DNA from: Octopus sinensis
Taxonomy: Eukaryota
Length of the DNA stretch: 64,000 bases
Direction: 5' to 3'
Assembly: GCF_006345805.1 (NCBI RefSeq)
Contig: NC_043003.1
Span: 7,750,001-7,814,000 of the forward strand
The notes under the pieces are model-generated. The model ran no database searches. It saw only the letters and a program-made list of their open reading frames with translations, and had not been told where the DNA came from. Positions 37,985 through 50,859 of the stretch are shown piece by piece. A program made the position numbers and the translations under genes. The first letter of the stretch is position 1. Each line of letters opens with the position of its first letter.

Positions 37985-38216
37985 GTTTTATGAATCCCGT
38001 GAACGAAGCGAGACTGTTTTCCAAAATGGAGGCGAACACCTTTCTCCACGTGATCGGCTTGCAAAATTATTAAGACACTAGGATATTTAGCTACTTTTCG
38101 TAACATGAAACCAATTATAATTTCTTTATTTGCGAATTAAGGCTATATCTACCGATGCGGTTTTGAGCATTCATTTCCATCGTTCAACCTTTACGTATAT
38201 ATATGTGCATAAATGC

Positions 38217-38254
<38 letters not shown>

Positions 38255-38269
38255 TGTGTGTGTGTGTGT

Positions 38270-38402
38270 ACACTCTTTACTCCTTTACATGTTTCAGTCA
38301 TCTGATTGTGGCCATGCTAGAGCACCGCAAAGAAATCGACCCCCGGAACGTATTCTTTGTAAGCCTAGAACTTATTCTATCGGTCTTTTTTGCCGAACCG
38401 CA
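38270..38402 (-). mobile_element. SINE family A, 3' fragment
   Basis: TGTTTCAGTCA..GGCCATGCTAGAGCACCGC..TATTCTTTGTAAGCCTAG. Confidence 0.8.
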
Positions 38403-38632
38403 GGTACCGCTTAAGACCGATTGGAGACATTAGCTCTTTTGTTCGAGGTATGAAGGCGCAGTTGTGCGTCGATAGCCAGCTGGAAAATATGTTTTCTTGG
38501 GGCTAAAAAAAGTAGTAACATCATCCTTATCGGGACTGCCAATTTACGTTGTCAAATAGATTTTACTCTGTGGTATTGTTACTGCTTATTTCTCGCGCAG
38601 AGATTTAAAACTAAATCTTTTTCCTCCTCTGT

Positions 38633-38691
<59 letters not shown>

Positions 38692-40009
38692 AGGCATTTG
38701 GGAGACAGAAATCTACGCACGTGTGTCCTTGTTGTTGTGTGACAAAGGAATTGTTGAATCTGTTGGGTTGTCTCTCCAGCAAGCTGTCATCGATCGTATG
38801 TCTGACAGGTTGTTATAGTGAAATCTGAATGAAAGGAGGGAGGATAGCGCTATGATGACAACGACGATGACAGCGACGATGATGATGACGACAACGAAGA
38901 GAAAGAAGAGGAGGAGGAAAATGATGATGATGATGGCGGCGGCGACAGTGATGAAGCCTTTTATTCTAGGATATTCCACGATATTTCGTTTTTGCATTTG
39001 AATTGTGTAGTATCGTTACTATTTGTTTACACTATAACCGTGTAGTAATAAAATATATAACAAAGCAGAAAAACAACCAAGTTGTAGTTAATCGGTCAAA
39101 GGATTAGTTTATTGACTAATAATATTAGAACTGAAATAGAACCAACGCGTGTGTTTATTATTGGCATAATTATCACCCCCATATACAACAAAATTCTACC
39201 ATACATAAAGCAAATCCAGCTCTCGCACGGTGTATCAAATATGACATGTCAGAAAGAGAAACAATTGTGTTACTTCGAGGTAATTCCTACTAAACTAATC
39301 CAAGATACTGCATAGTATCTTTAGCCAGTCTTTTCTACTATAGCCCCAGAATGACCAATATTTTGTGAGCGAATTTGGTAGACGGAACTGTGAGTAAGCC
39401 CGTCGTATATATATTTATGTGTGTTGAAAGAAACAGAAATAATTTATTCTCAAACGCATGATAATGCTAACACAACAGCATGAACAGGATAACCTATCCA
39501 TATATTGCAGAAAAAACATCATTACCAGCCAACCATGAGAGTCGAATTCATATCCCTGTGATTACGCGTTAAGTGCTTTACCTTTAAGCTAAACTGCCCA
39601 GTAACGAATTGTTCTGCAATTTTAAGATTTATAAATCTAGCTTTATAAGACGCAAGCGTTAAATTCAACTTATGATGAAAGTAAACAAAGTTTGCTTTCG
39701 AAGCATTGAGACGTATTGAAAGATACAGAAATAGTTTATTCTTAAACACAGGATAATGCCAATACAATATCATGAACAGGATAAACTACCCATATATTGC
39801 ATGTAAATTTACTTGTAACATAGGATAACATTTTTTCAAAAAAAATTCAAGTGGCGAGTATATTAAAATACCTTTTAAGGTGAATATTATAAACAATTAT
39901 AAATACACGGTGTGTATTTATAGTGATATATATTGTATGTGGTGATTGACGATTTAAAGTCTATCTCTCAGCATATTAGCATGTATTGCATGTATGTATA
40001 TATATGTAT

Positions 40010-40218
40010 GTATTTGTGTTTGTACCCTATATCGTTTGACAACAAATGCTGGTTTGTCTACATCCCTGTAACTTAGTGGTTTTTACAAAAGACACCGATA
40101 GAATAAGTACTAGATTCTACAAGCAAACAAAAGTGCTTGGGTCGCTTTGTTCGACTGCAACCCTTCGAGGCGGAGTCTCAACATGACTGCAGTCCAATGA
40201 CTGAAACAAGTAAAAGGA
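40010..40218 (+). mobile_element. SINE family A, 3' half
   Basis: ACCGATAGAATAAGTACTAG..GCAGTCCAATGACTGAAACAAGTAAAAG. Confidence 0.8.
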
Positions 40219-40244
40219 GGAAAAATACATAATATCGAAATCAG

Positions 40245-40770
40245 ATTATTTTACAAGTATTTCTCCAAACAAATATTTAGGAGTAGATAAAACTGATATG
40301 ATACAACACATGGATATGGAGGAGAAAGTTAGACTAGAGAACTATGAAGGAATTACATGAATGTTAGAAGCTAACCGCAATGCTAGTAATAATATAATGG
40401 ACATAACTATATTAAGCGTCCTGTTATAAACTACAGCTTCGAATTTATAAATTAAGAGAACTGGAGAACGTATAAAATCCAGAAAAGAGCAAATAGCGTT
40501 GTGAAGTCTTCCATTTAAACATGATATTAATATAATATAAATTTACTCTGCGCAAACAGAGAGGAAAGATAGGGTATGTTAAAAATAGAAAACTACTGCA
40601 AAATACCAATAGCTGAAGTATGAAAAGGTTTAGAAACAAGTAAATGGAGGCTTATTAGTAGTACAAGTGAACGCGGAAAACAACACTTCTTTTTATATAA
40701 GGAGAGGTGAAAATACGAAATAGGAGATACTTGTATTGAAAGGAAATATTAAGGTAGAAGAAAACAAAAG
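40245..40770 (+). pseudogene. Highly decayed R4/Dong-like LINE fragment
   Basis: Piecewise translation YKY...YLGVDKTDMIQH...EEKVRLE...PVINYSFEFIN resembles the post-RT region of R4/Dong. Confidence 0.55.
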
Positions 40771-40807
40771 CTTGGTAGACGGAGACTGAAAGAAGCCCGT
40801 CGAATAT

Positions 40808-41416
40808 ATATTTATTTGTGGCCCACAGGAGGCTAAACATAGAGAGGACAAACAAGGACAGACAAAGGGATTAAGTCGATTACATCGAACCCAGTGCGTA
40901 ACTGGTACTTTATTTAATCGACCCTGAAAGGATAAAAGGCGAAGTAGGCCTCTGTGGGATTTGAACTCGGAACGTAAAGACGGAAGAATTGCCGCTAAGC
41001 ATTTTGCTCAGCGTGCTAATGGTTCTGCCAGCTCGCCACTTTATCCAGTGTTTAATATTTATTTCTTTATTTCCCACGGGGGGCTAAACATAGAGGGGAC
41101 AAACAAGGACAAAGGGATTAAGTCGATTACATCGACCCCAGTGCGTACCTCGACCCCAGTGCGTACCTCGACCCCAGTGCGTACCTCGACCCCAGTGCGT
41201 ACCTCGACCCCAGTGCGTACCTCGACCCCAGTGCGTACCTCGACCCCAGTGCGTACCTCGACCCCAGTGCGTACTTGCTACTTATTTAATCGACCCCGAA
41301 AGGACGAAAGGCAAAGTCGACCCCGGCAGAATTTGAACTCGGAACGTAAAGACGGCAGAGGAAATACCGCTAGATAGTTCGCTCGGCGTGCTAACGTTTC
41401 TGCCAGCTCGCCGCCC
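40808..41416 (-). mobile_element. Two SINE C copies nested inside a SINE A (40772-41610)
   Basis: SINE A GCCCGTCG-ATAT occurs on both sides (40795 and 41413); SINE C heads end at ~41038 and ~41415. Confidence 0.85.
41132..41274. repeat. 18-bp tandem repeat TCGACCCCAGTGCGTACC x8 within SINE C
   Basis: Direct reading; TSTPVR x8 in the ORF track. Confidence 0.97.
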
Positions 41417-41719
41417 GTCGTATATACGTGTGCGCGTGTGTTTGTCTCTGCTTCCCACCACCGCTTGACAACCGGTGTTGGTGTGCTTACGTCCCGTAAC
41501 TTAACGATAGAATAAATACCAGGCTTAAAAAGAAGTATCGGGGTCGATCTGTTCGACTAAATTTCTTGAGAGCAGTGCCCCAACATGGCCGCAGCAGAAA
41601 AAGTAAAGGGTAAAAAAATGTCAATCCAGGTCATGTTTAGAATCTTGTTTTTTTTTAATTTTACAGTGATCGATTCTGATTCTGTTAATCAATAATTGAT
41701 CTTCACAACTCACAGTATT

Positions 41720-41990
41720 CACAGTCTCTCGTATACTTCCTTCCACGTGTTCTTAATTATCTTTTGCAATAATTTTACGATTAATGATTTGCAAGTTGTA
41801 GGAAGGAAGAATATGGGTCTGTAGCTTTCAGGATTTATTGTTTCCTTAGTCAGGTGTATTAAGAGGATTTTTCTCCTCAGTAAGCTATTCAGGTGTTGTT
41901 TCCGGCTTTTTGATAATTTGTTAATTACTAAATGCCTCAACGAGGAATTGGGGATTTCATTGTTCCTGAGCACATAAAAATTGTTCGTTT
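41720..41990 (-). pseudogene. R4/Dong-like RT N-terminal fragment
   Basis: LIHLTKETINPESYRPIFFLPTTCK resembles the NYRPITCLPT motif. Confidence 0.65.
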
Positions 41991-41994
41991 CTTT

Positions 41995-43008
41995 GTAGTA
42001 TTTGAGCTCCTTTTATATGTAGCATCTGAGTTCCTTTTATAAGTAGCATCTGAGCTCCGTATATAAGTAGCCTCTGAGCTTTTATGAACAGCATCTGAGC
42101 TCCATATATAAGTAGCCTCTGAGCTTTTATGAACAGCATCTGAGCTCCTTCTATAAATAGTATCTTTGCTCCTTCTATAGTATAGCATCTGAGCTCCATA
42201 TATAAGTAGCATCTAAGCTCCTTTTATGAGTAACATCTCAGCTACTTGTATATGTACCATCTGATCTCCTTCTATAGACTGGCCTCTGCGCTTCTTTTAT
42301 AAGTAGCATCTGAGCTTCTATATTTTAGCATCTGAGCTCCTTCTATAGTGCAGTCTCTAAGCTCCTTATATAAGGAGCGGCTGACCTCCTCCTTTCGTGT
42401 AACATCTGGGCTCCTTTCATAAGTAGCATCTGAGCTCCTTCTATAGTTTAACATCTGAGCTCCTTCTATAAGTAGCATCTGAGATCCTTCTATATGTAGC
42501 ATCTGAGCTCATTGTATAGTGTAACATATGAGCTCCTTCTCTAGAGTAAAATCTGAGCTCCTTCTATATTTTAGCCTCTGTGCTTCTTTTATAAGTTCCA
42601 TCTGAGCACCTTTCATATGTAGCCTCTGAATTCTTTGTATAGAGTAGCATCTGAGCTCCTTCTATATTTTAGCCTCTGAGCTCCTTTTATAAGTAGCATC
42701 TGAGCTCCTTTTATACGTAGTATCTGAGCTCCTTCTATAGTTTAGCATCTGAGCTTCTTTTATAAGTTCCATCTGAGCACCTTTCAAATGTAGCCTCTGA
42801 ATTCCTTGTATAGAGTAGCATCTGAGCTCCTTCTATAGTTTAACATCTGAGCTCCTTTTAAATGCAGCGTCTGATATCCTTCTATAAGTAGCATCCGTTC
42901 TCCTTTTATAAGTGGCATCTGAGCTCCTTTTATACGTAGTATCTGAGCTCATTGTATAGTGTAGCATATGAGCTCCTTTTATAAGTAACATCTGAGCTCC
43001 TATATATA
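41995..43008. repeat. ~24-26-bp minisatellite (AGTAGCATCTGAGCTCCTTYTATA), roughly 40 copies
   Basis: Conserved GCATCTGAGCTCCT core with short variable linkers. Confidence 0.93.
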
Positions 43009-43581
43009 ACATTTTTCCGGCAACTGAAACATGTTCTCTCAGAGAGTAATATTGCAAACCTACACAAAAGAACATGTGAAAACGATAGAAATTTCGAAAG
43101 AAGTATCTGTAAAACTAGTTTCTAAACACTGAATAACTATGGGTGTCCACCAGAATAAAATGGTATTTAAAGCGTTCTAAAGCTGATAAGTGGTTGAGAC
43201 CCCCTGCTGTAGAATATGTATTGGGTGAAGTGTTTTATTGGGTGTCGATTGTACAAGGTAGTGAGGGAAAACCTTTGAGAAACGTTTCATAGTTTGCCGT
43301 CTCTGTTCGTTGTTCTGTACGAATTTTCAGGTGATGCACGATACACTTTTGTAAAAAGATTCCTACAACATCATGTTATAAAAGCTCATCAGGATTTGGT
43401 TAAAAAGAGATGATGATCAATGGCTAGACGAAACTAGAAGCCAGTTGATCTAGCAAGTGGCGTTTCACCTCAGTAACGGGGGAAGGGGTGATGTATAATA
43501 ATGCCGATGAGAGGAAGGCCTCAATACGGTGTGCGTTTTCTCCTGATGACTCCAAAAGCCCGCTACTGTCCGGTATGTGAA

Positions 43582-43804
43582 ACTGGCAGAACCGTTAGCA
43601 CGCCGGGCGAAATGCATAGCTGTATTTCGTCTGCCGTTACGTTCTGAGTTCAAATTCCGCCGAGGTCGACTTTGCCTTTTATCCTTCCGGGGTCGATAAA
43701 TTAAGTACTAGTTTTGCACTGGGGTCGATATGATAGACTTAATCCATTTGTCTGTCCTTGTTTGTCCTCTCTGTGTTTAGCCCCTTGTGGGTAGTAAAGA
43801 AATA
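43582..43804 (+). mobile_element. SINE family C monomer with a 10-bp TSD
   Basis: GGTATGTGAA at 43572-43581 and 43805-43814. Confidence 0.9.
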
Positions 43805-44577
43805 GGTATGTGAAGCATTGACTGACAGCTCTTGTATCTAAGTTGTTTGCAAATAAGATTGATCTAAGTGATACCTCAAAAGCTAGATTATTAAAGAAAA
43901 TGGAATTTGGCTAAACTGATTCTCTCAGTGACTTTAAGCTTGAGTTGTATTTTTAGTGAATCGTAATAAATTGGAAATATCTTGTCCAACATGCGAACTG
44001 TACTTGGGCTATTTTTTGGTCACCATATAAAATTACGAACTCTGGTTTAGTGTTCATATTTTTGTACAAGTGTACAACATTTTCAAATTTCCTGTTGACG
44101 TTTTGCTCAAGAGATACAACTATTTAACTGATGGTATTTATGGATAAATTCTCTCTTCTTAAAAACTGCGCAGTCAAAAATGGCGCATTCTATTAATTTT
44201 GTGAACTGATTACAAAATCTGGAGTTGATTTTAGTCATGTTTTAATTCCGATTTTCATTTTGTATTTCTTTTTGTAGCAAAATAAAGATGTCATGCGGCT
44301 AAAATTAGAATTTTCGTTTTTCGTTTTAGTCCAGTGCCTTTCAGCTATCGATGGCCATCACGCTGACTTACTTTCTATTGAGTCTTGAAGAATACTTGAC
44401 ATAGAGAGCGATGTGTCTCCATTATTTTGTTGCTAATTTTTAAAGAGCGATTTCGATTTTATATTTTGCATTTCTAAAATTTTCCGTTTCATCTTTATGC
44501 AAGTTTTTTCTTCAATATAATTATTTATTAAAAAAAATTTTTAAAGGACAATCAACAAGATTAACAACCATAATAAA

Positions 44578-45183
44578 ATATTATTATTATTATAATTATT
44601 ATTATTATTATCATTATTATTATTATTAGCATTATTCATTATCATCATCATTATTATTATTAATATCATTATTATTATTATCATCATTATTATTATTATC
44701 ATCATTATTATTATCATCATTATTATTATCATCATTATTATCATCATTATTATTATTATTATTATCATTATTATTATTATTATTATCATTATTATTATTA
44801 TCATTATTATTATTATCATCATTATTATTATTATCATCATTATTATTATTATCATCATCATTATTATTATTATTATCATCATTATTATTTAATAATAATT
44901 ATCATTATTATCATTATTATCATTATTATCATTAGCATTATTATTATTATTATCATTATTATTATCATTGTTATCATTATCATTATTATTATTCATTATT
45001 ATTATTATTATTATCATCATTATTATTATTATCATCATCATTATTATTATTATTATCATCATTATTTTCATCATTATTATTTAATAATAATTATCATTAT
45101 TATTATCATCATTATTATTATTATCATCTTTATTATCATCAACATTATTATTATCATCATTATAATTATTATTATTATTATCA

Positions 45184-45236
<53 letters not shown>

Positions 45237-45398
45237 TATCATTATTATTATCATTATTATTATTTAATAATAATTATCATTATTATTATCATTATTATCA
45301 TTATTATTATTGTTATTATTATTATTATCATCATCATTATTATTATTATCATCATTATTATTATTATTATCATCATTATTATTATTATTATCATTATT
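44578..45398. repeat. (ATT)n/(ATC)n microsatellite
   Basis: Direct reading. Confidence 0.97.
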
Positions 45399-46089
45399 AC
45401 CGTTTGCTAAATTTTGTTCGAGGGAATTTATTCGCTGTTGCAATTTTGGTCAAGCTTTAACTAGTGCAAGATTTGGAGGGGGTGCATTAATGTGTGCCAT
45501 AAAAGGCACAATTTTTGTAATGTTTATTTGCTTTCGTCTGATTCTTTTTCTGGTTTGGAATCATGGCAGCGGTAACGCTCCCTATCGGATTCGAGGAGCA
45601 TCAGGAAAATCGTCTCAGCCTCATGAGAAAACATTCACACGAGAACAACAATGAAAGCAGTAATGGTAACAACAACATTAAGGTGAATAATTTCAACAAC
45701 ACAATTAACAACGGTACCAGGTGCAGCAAAACGAAAACAGCAGCAATAGTAGTAACAACAACAACAACAACAGCATCAGGAATAGAGACAATTATAACGA
45801 CGACGTCAACGTGCGTAGTGGTAGCGAAACGAAAGACAGGAAATCTTTTGCCCCATCTTTTTTTCTCTAACTCACACCGAATCTTATGGACAAAAGATCT
45901 TGCAACTTTCAGAAGACGAGAAATTTCTAACCATGCTTAGCCTTCGAAGTCACAATCATAACATGTCTTTTCATTTCATTAGTAAGCATGGGCTTGTCAT
46001 TGTTATTTTCTGAAAAAGAAGTTCAATAAAATTAGTCAAATAAAATAATGGCTAAAAGTGCATATGTTCTCAAATACAGTCCGCACTCT

Positions 46090-46325
<236 letters not shown>

Positions 46326-46326
<1 letters not shown>

Positions 46327-46638
46327 GAGCCGCAATGACCCAGTGGTTAGGGCAGCGGACTCGCGGTCGTAGGATCGCGGTTTCGTTTCCCAGACCGGGC
46401 GTTGTGAGTGTTTATTGAGCGAAAACACCTAAAGCTCCACGAGGCTCCGGCAGTGGGTGGTGGCGATCCCTGCTGTACTCTTTCGCCACAACTTTCTTTC
46501 ACTCTTTCTTCTGTTGGTCTGCCCGCTTAGCCAGCGGGGTGGCGTCATTTGAAGGCTAAAACAGTGCGAAGCGCATTGTGACCAGCGATGTGTTGCAACA
46601 TCTGATAGCCTTGGCTGTCACGGTGACGGTGACGGTGA
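46326..46638 (+). mobile_element. SINE family B
   Basis: Matches 35517-35820; variant tail of (GACGGT) repeats. Confidence 0.9.
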
Positions 46639-46884
46639 TATATATGTATGTATGTATATATTCAATTCAACGAACAAACAATTCAAAAAACAAAAAAAAA
46701 ATGAAAAGAGAGAAAACTGAACGCGAGAACCTGCACATGAATTATATTAGTTTGACACTCGGTGGAAGGAGAGATTTTAACGTTTTGAGCATGGCTCTTC
46801 ATCGGAAAGAAGAAAGGGAAAAGTCCAAAGAAGAAGGAAAATCGTCAACGGCCCACAAATGGCAATATGTGTGTGTCCGTGTGT

Positions 46885-47108
46885 CTATCTGTCTGTCTGT
46901 GTTTACCCCCCGCTACGCTTGACAATCGGTGTTGGCATATTTACGTCCCCGTAACATAGTGGTTCAGCAAAAGAGACCGATAGAGTAAGTGTACCAGGCT
47001 TTACAAAAAATAAGTACTGGGACCGATTCGTTCGACTAAAATTCTTCAAGATGGTGCCCCAGCATGGCCAGCAGTCTAATGGCTAAAACAAGTAAAAGAT
47101 AAAAGATA
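46885..47108 (+). mobile_element. SINE family A, 3' half
   Basis: CGCTTGACAA..AAAAGAGACCGATAGA..GGTGCCCCAGCATGGCC..ACAAGTAAAAGAT. Confidence 0.82.
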
Positions 47109-47649
47109 TTAATAATACTAAGGAAAAACATGAACTCGACTGAGTCCCACATCAACAAATGTAAGGAAGGGGTCAGGAAAGAATATGGAAGTCACAATCA
47201 ATTAATTGCAAAAAGGAAACTTACCATTATCGATATTCTCGCTGTATCAATAATACGTTAGAGTTATGGTATTGGCAGCCGATTCTAAGTGAATTAGCGT
47301 GACGTGGCGGTAAAACAAGAAGAATATTGGCTACATTTAGAATATAACAGCCAATTCTGGCGCAGAAACATTGTATAAGGAGGTGTGTTTATGACTTTTG
47401 CAGCGAGAAAACTATTGGAAAAATATATGTTGTGGATTTGCAAAAATACCTGGCAAAGGGCCCCAGCAAAACAATGAGTTATGTGTCTTCAAGTGTCACA
47501 TTGTTTCTTTTTTTTTGTATCTCAACAACAAAGATGAGCTCTATTCTGTTGGGCGGGTAAACATGGTCTGTGTTCTTTTCCACATCGTCCTGTTTGATCC
47601 GGAGCAGAAACACTAGATTGATCCCAAGTGAAAACTACCCTTCAGTTTG

Positions 47650-47763
47650 TTTTAGGTTGAGGAGTGTGTCGCTGCCCTCTAAGACAACTAAGACGAATAG
47701 CCATAGTTTTAGGTTGAGGAGTGTGTCGCTGCCCTCTAAGACAACTAAGACGAATAGCCATAG
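47650..47763. repeat. Exact 57-bp tandem duplication
   Basis: TTTTAGGTTGAGGAGTGTGTCGCTGCCC...GAATAGCCATAG at 47650 and 47707. Confidence 0.95.
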
Positions 47764-48329
47764 AGGCCCAACCCTCGTGGACTTCGCTCTACTTCAACGC
47801 AACAAGTCCTTTCTTCAGAATATGTTGAGTAGAGGGCGAGTTCCTTGTCGTGTATGGACCGTATGGAGTGCCACAATGCGAGTTTTCCACTTTTGAAGGC
47901 CCCCAAAATACCTAGCTCTGGTCATATGTTCTATATCTACCCAAATATCTTTAAGTACTCTTTCCACACCGGTGTGCCAACACACAGACATACGGTAATC
48001 TTTCACGGACAGTTGCTTCCAAAACATAGGCGAGAATTGCAACACGGGCTCACAAATTATTTCACAAATTATCTCACCTGCATCATAAGTGCATCCTGGT
48101 TGCTCAAGGAAAGCGAGAAATATTTTGAGGAAGGGAAAATTGATACCATCAACCGTGGTGTATGATTAGTACTTTATTTTATGGAACTCGGAATATGAAA
48201 GACAAGGTGGACTTCGGCGGGATTTGAACTTAAAACATGAAGAATCGGAAGAAATGCCACAAGGAAATTTTGCTAACATCGTAACGATGCCAAAATAATA
48301 ATAATAATAATGATAATAATAATAATAAT

Positions 48330-48690
48330 GATATCTAATCGATATCGACAGATGACAACGTGTCTCTAAAAGAAATGGAGAGACTCTCAAAATACAAATA
48401 CCTGGAAATAGAGGTAACTTGAATGTGGAGTCTAAAAACAGAAACAATTCCTATCATAGTAGGTACATTAGGTATGATAAAAAATATTCAAACAAATACA
48501 TAACAAAAACACCAGGACATACAAATATATAAATAGCATACAGAAAATTGTACTACTGGGCACAGCACACATCCTACGTAAAACGCTTTCAATACAGTAA
48601 AAATAAGAGCATCACAACAAATCACAACACATACCCAAGGCATATAGAGCTGTGCTCGGTAGTGAAGTGAAAGCACGTTATAAAAATGAT
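48330..48690 (+). mobile_element. R4/Dong LINE 3' end (restriction-like endonuclease) in (TAA)n
   Basis: DDNVSLKEMERLSKYKYLEIEVT*MWSLKTETIPIIVGTLGMI...IQKIVLLGTAHILRKTLSIQ; flanked by TAA repeats, the known Dong target. Confidence 0.9.
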
Positions 48691-48750
48691 GATGATAATA
48701 ATAATAATAATAATATAAAATAATAATAATAATAATAATAATAATAATCA

Positions 48751-49235
48751 TGTACATTGTTTTGTCTTGGTATAAAAGAGATGGGCTACAGCAATATTCT
48801 GCTCAATACCACAGATTTGCTTGTCATTGTTTGACCTTAACCAGTTGAGCATGTCCCTTCTGCTGACAATATGTGCATCTCTGATCACGAGCAGAAGTAG
48901 TGGGGGAGCATCATAGCCATGTGTTTGAGAGGGATTCTTTTGGGTTTTGAATAGTTCACCTCTGGAAACATGGGTGGTTTCTTTCAACATCCTTAAACAA
49001 CCCTTATTCAGGGACCGTTTGAGCGGGATGGGCTACTCAATCTGAAGAAAATTCTAACTGGGCCCCACCTGCAAGGTCTGTGCTGTTTATCTTGATATGA
49101 GATCACCATGTCGTCGCACATCGGTTGTGATGCATGTGCTGGTGTACCTTATCAGACGGGTAGTCATGATGGGTATATTGGCTTCGTATATTTTACCCCA
49201 GTGTCACTTTGATGGCATGCACTGCTCTCTCCTCA
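48751..49235 (+). mobile_element. Unclassified ~485-bp insert flanked by (TAA)n, probably a LINE 3' UTR
   Basis: Complex sequence with sharp (TAA)n borders on both sides; no recognisable coding motif. Strand is a guess. Confidence 0.5.
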
Positions 49236-49339
49236 TCATAATAATAATAATAAAATAATATAATAATAATAATAATAATAATAATTAATAATAATATAAT
49301 AATAATAATAATAATAATTTCATCAGCGATTATTGCAGT

Positions 49340-50150
49340 AGGCAATATTCATGTCAGTAGAACGCAGGTTATGTGTCTGCATTAATCCACAGCCTTCCCT
49401 TTTGAAGTATCCTTCAAGCACAGAAACTTTTCGTCCAGTAGTTTCCCATTCAGCGATCGCTTTATTTCCCTGGATCAATACATTAAGCTGTCCTGCTATT
49501 CTTTGATGACATCTTGTCAGCTTCTTTATCCAGAACTCCTTAATACCGTCAGGTCCTCTTTACCTGTCGCACAATTCTTTTTTTTTTTTTTTTTCAATTC
49601 TAATTTCTTCCTGTTGTGGACAAGAAACAAACTCCTCCAAATTTTCTAACCGATTATCCCCAGCATTATTTTGCTCATCCTTATTCCATATCTCATTCCT
49701 TTGACTGTCTTCTGCTTCTGGCATAACTCTTCTCTGTGTGTATTTTCTCTGCGTATTTCTTGATAAAATTTTTCTTCTGATCATTTTGGAATAATCTATT
49801 CTTTTGCCTTTACTGCTTCATTCTTTGATGATAAACGATGTTTTAGTTCTTCAATTTCAACATTCAGACCTTTTCTAACAGTACCATATATTCTTTCACA
49901 GTCTGTCATATTTATAACCATTGATAAGCTCACTTTTTCTTTTTTCTTTCCAATACCGAAACATCACAAAGCTTATTTATGCCTCCTAATATTCTTATTT
50001 TCCACCATGGGTCTTCGTTTTGTGTATTTCTCGTAGCGTTTGATCTTATATTGACTTTGAATCCCAAGTTTTCCGCAACAACTCTGCGAGCTGCTTTGAT
50101 TGGTTTCAGTTATTTCTTCTGTGCCCCAAAATTCTGTTAACTTTCAGTAT
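49340..50150 (-). pseudogene. R4/Dong-like ORF fragment upstream of the RT
   Basis: Minus strand GPDGIKEFWIKKLTRCHQRIAGQLN and MPEAEDSQ..IWNKDEQNN. Confidence 0.75.
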
Positions 50151-50159
50151 TTCTCTATT

Positions 50160-50411
50160 TTTCACTCTTTTACTCTTTTATTTGTTTCAGTCATTTGACT
50201 GTGGCCATGCTGGAGCACCGCCATTAGTCAAGCAAATCGACCCCAGGACTTATTCTTTGTAAGCCTAGTACTTATTCTATCGGTCTCTTTTGCCGAACCG
50301 CTAGGAGGGGAGGTAAACACACCAGCATCAGTTGTCAAAGCGATGTTGGGGGACAAACACAGACACACAAACATATACACCACACATACATACATATATA
50401 TATATACATAT

Positions 50412-50458
<47 letters not shown>

Positions 50459-50633
50459 TATATATATATACGACGGGCTTCTTTCAGTTTTCCGTCTACC
50501 AAATCCACTCACAAGGCTTTGGTCGGCCCGAGGCTATAGTAGAAGACACTTGCCCAAGGTACCACGCAGTGGGACTGAACCCGGAACCATGTGGTTCGTA
50601 AGCAAGCTACTTACCACACAGTCACTCCTACGC
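50160..50633 (-). mobile_element. SINE family A, full length, little diverged
   Basis: Complete head, internal TA/CA tract and tail with (TAAAAGAG) repeats. Confidence 0.93.
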
Positions 50634-50859
50634 ATTCAATGTTTCGTATTTACAAACTCAAGCATGTTGTTAATTATGACTTAATCATCTTTAATCTACA
50701 ATCCACTCGTACAGTTATCCTGACGATCAAAATCATTTATTAATGTCATCAGATTTTCCATTTGCAACCATTTTGAGTCAGTTATTGTGGGTAGAATGGC
50801 TGTAAACAGAATTTCAAGCGAATTAAAGACCAGCTACTCACAGATAAAATAGCGATGAA

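Noticed and set aside
41995-43008. CRISPR-like repeat-spacer pattern
   Set aside because: Linkers are only a few bases and are related to each other; it is a eukaryotic minisatellite.
47570-48165. Overlapping 76-108 aa ORFs
   Set aside because: No recognisable motif or splice structure; partly made by the 57-bp duplication.
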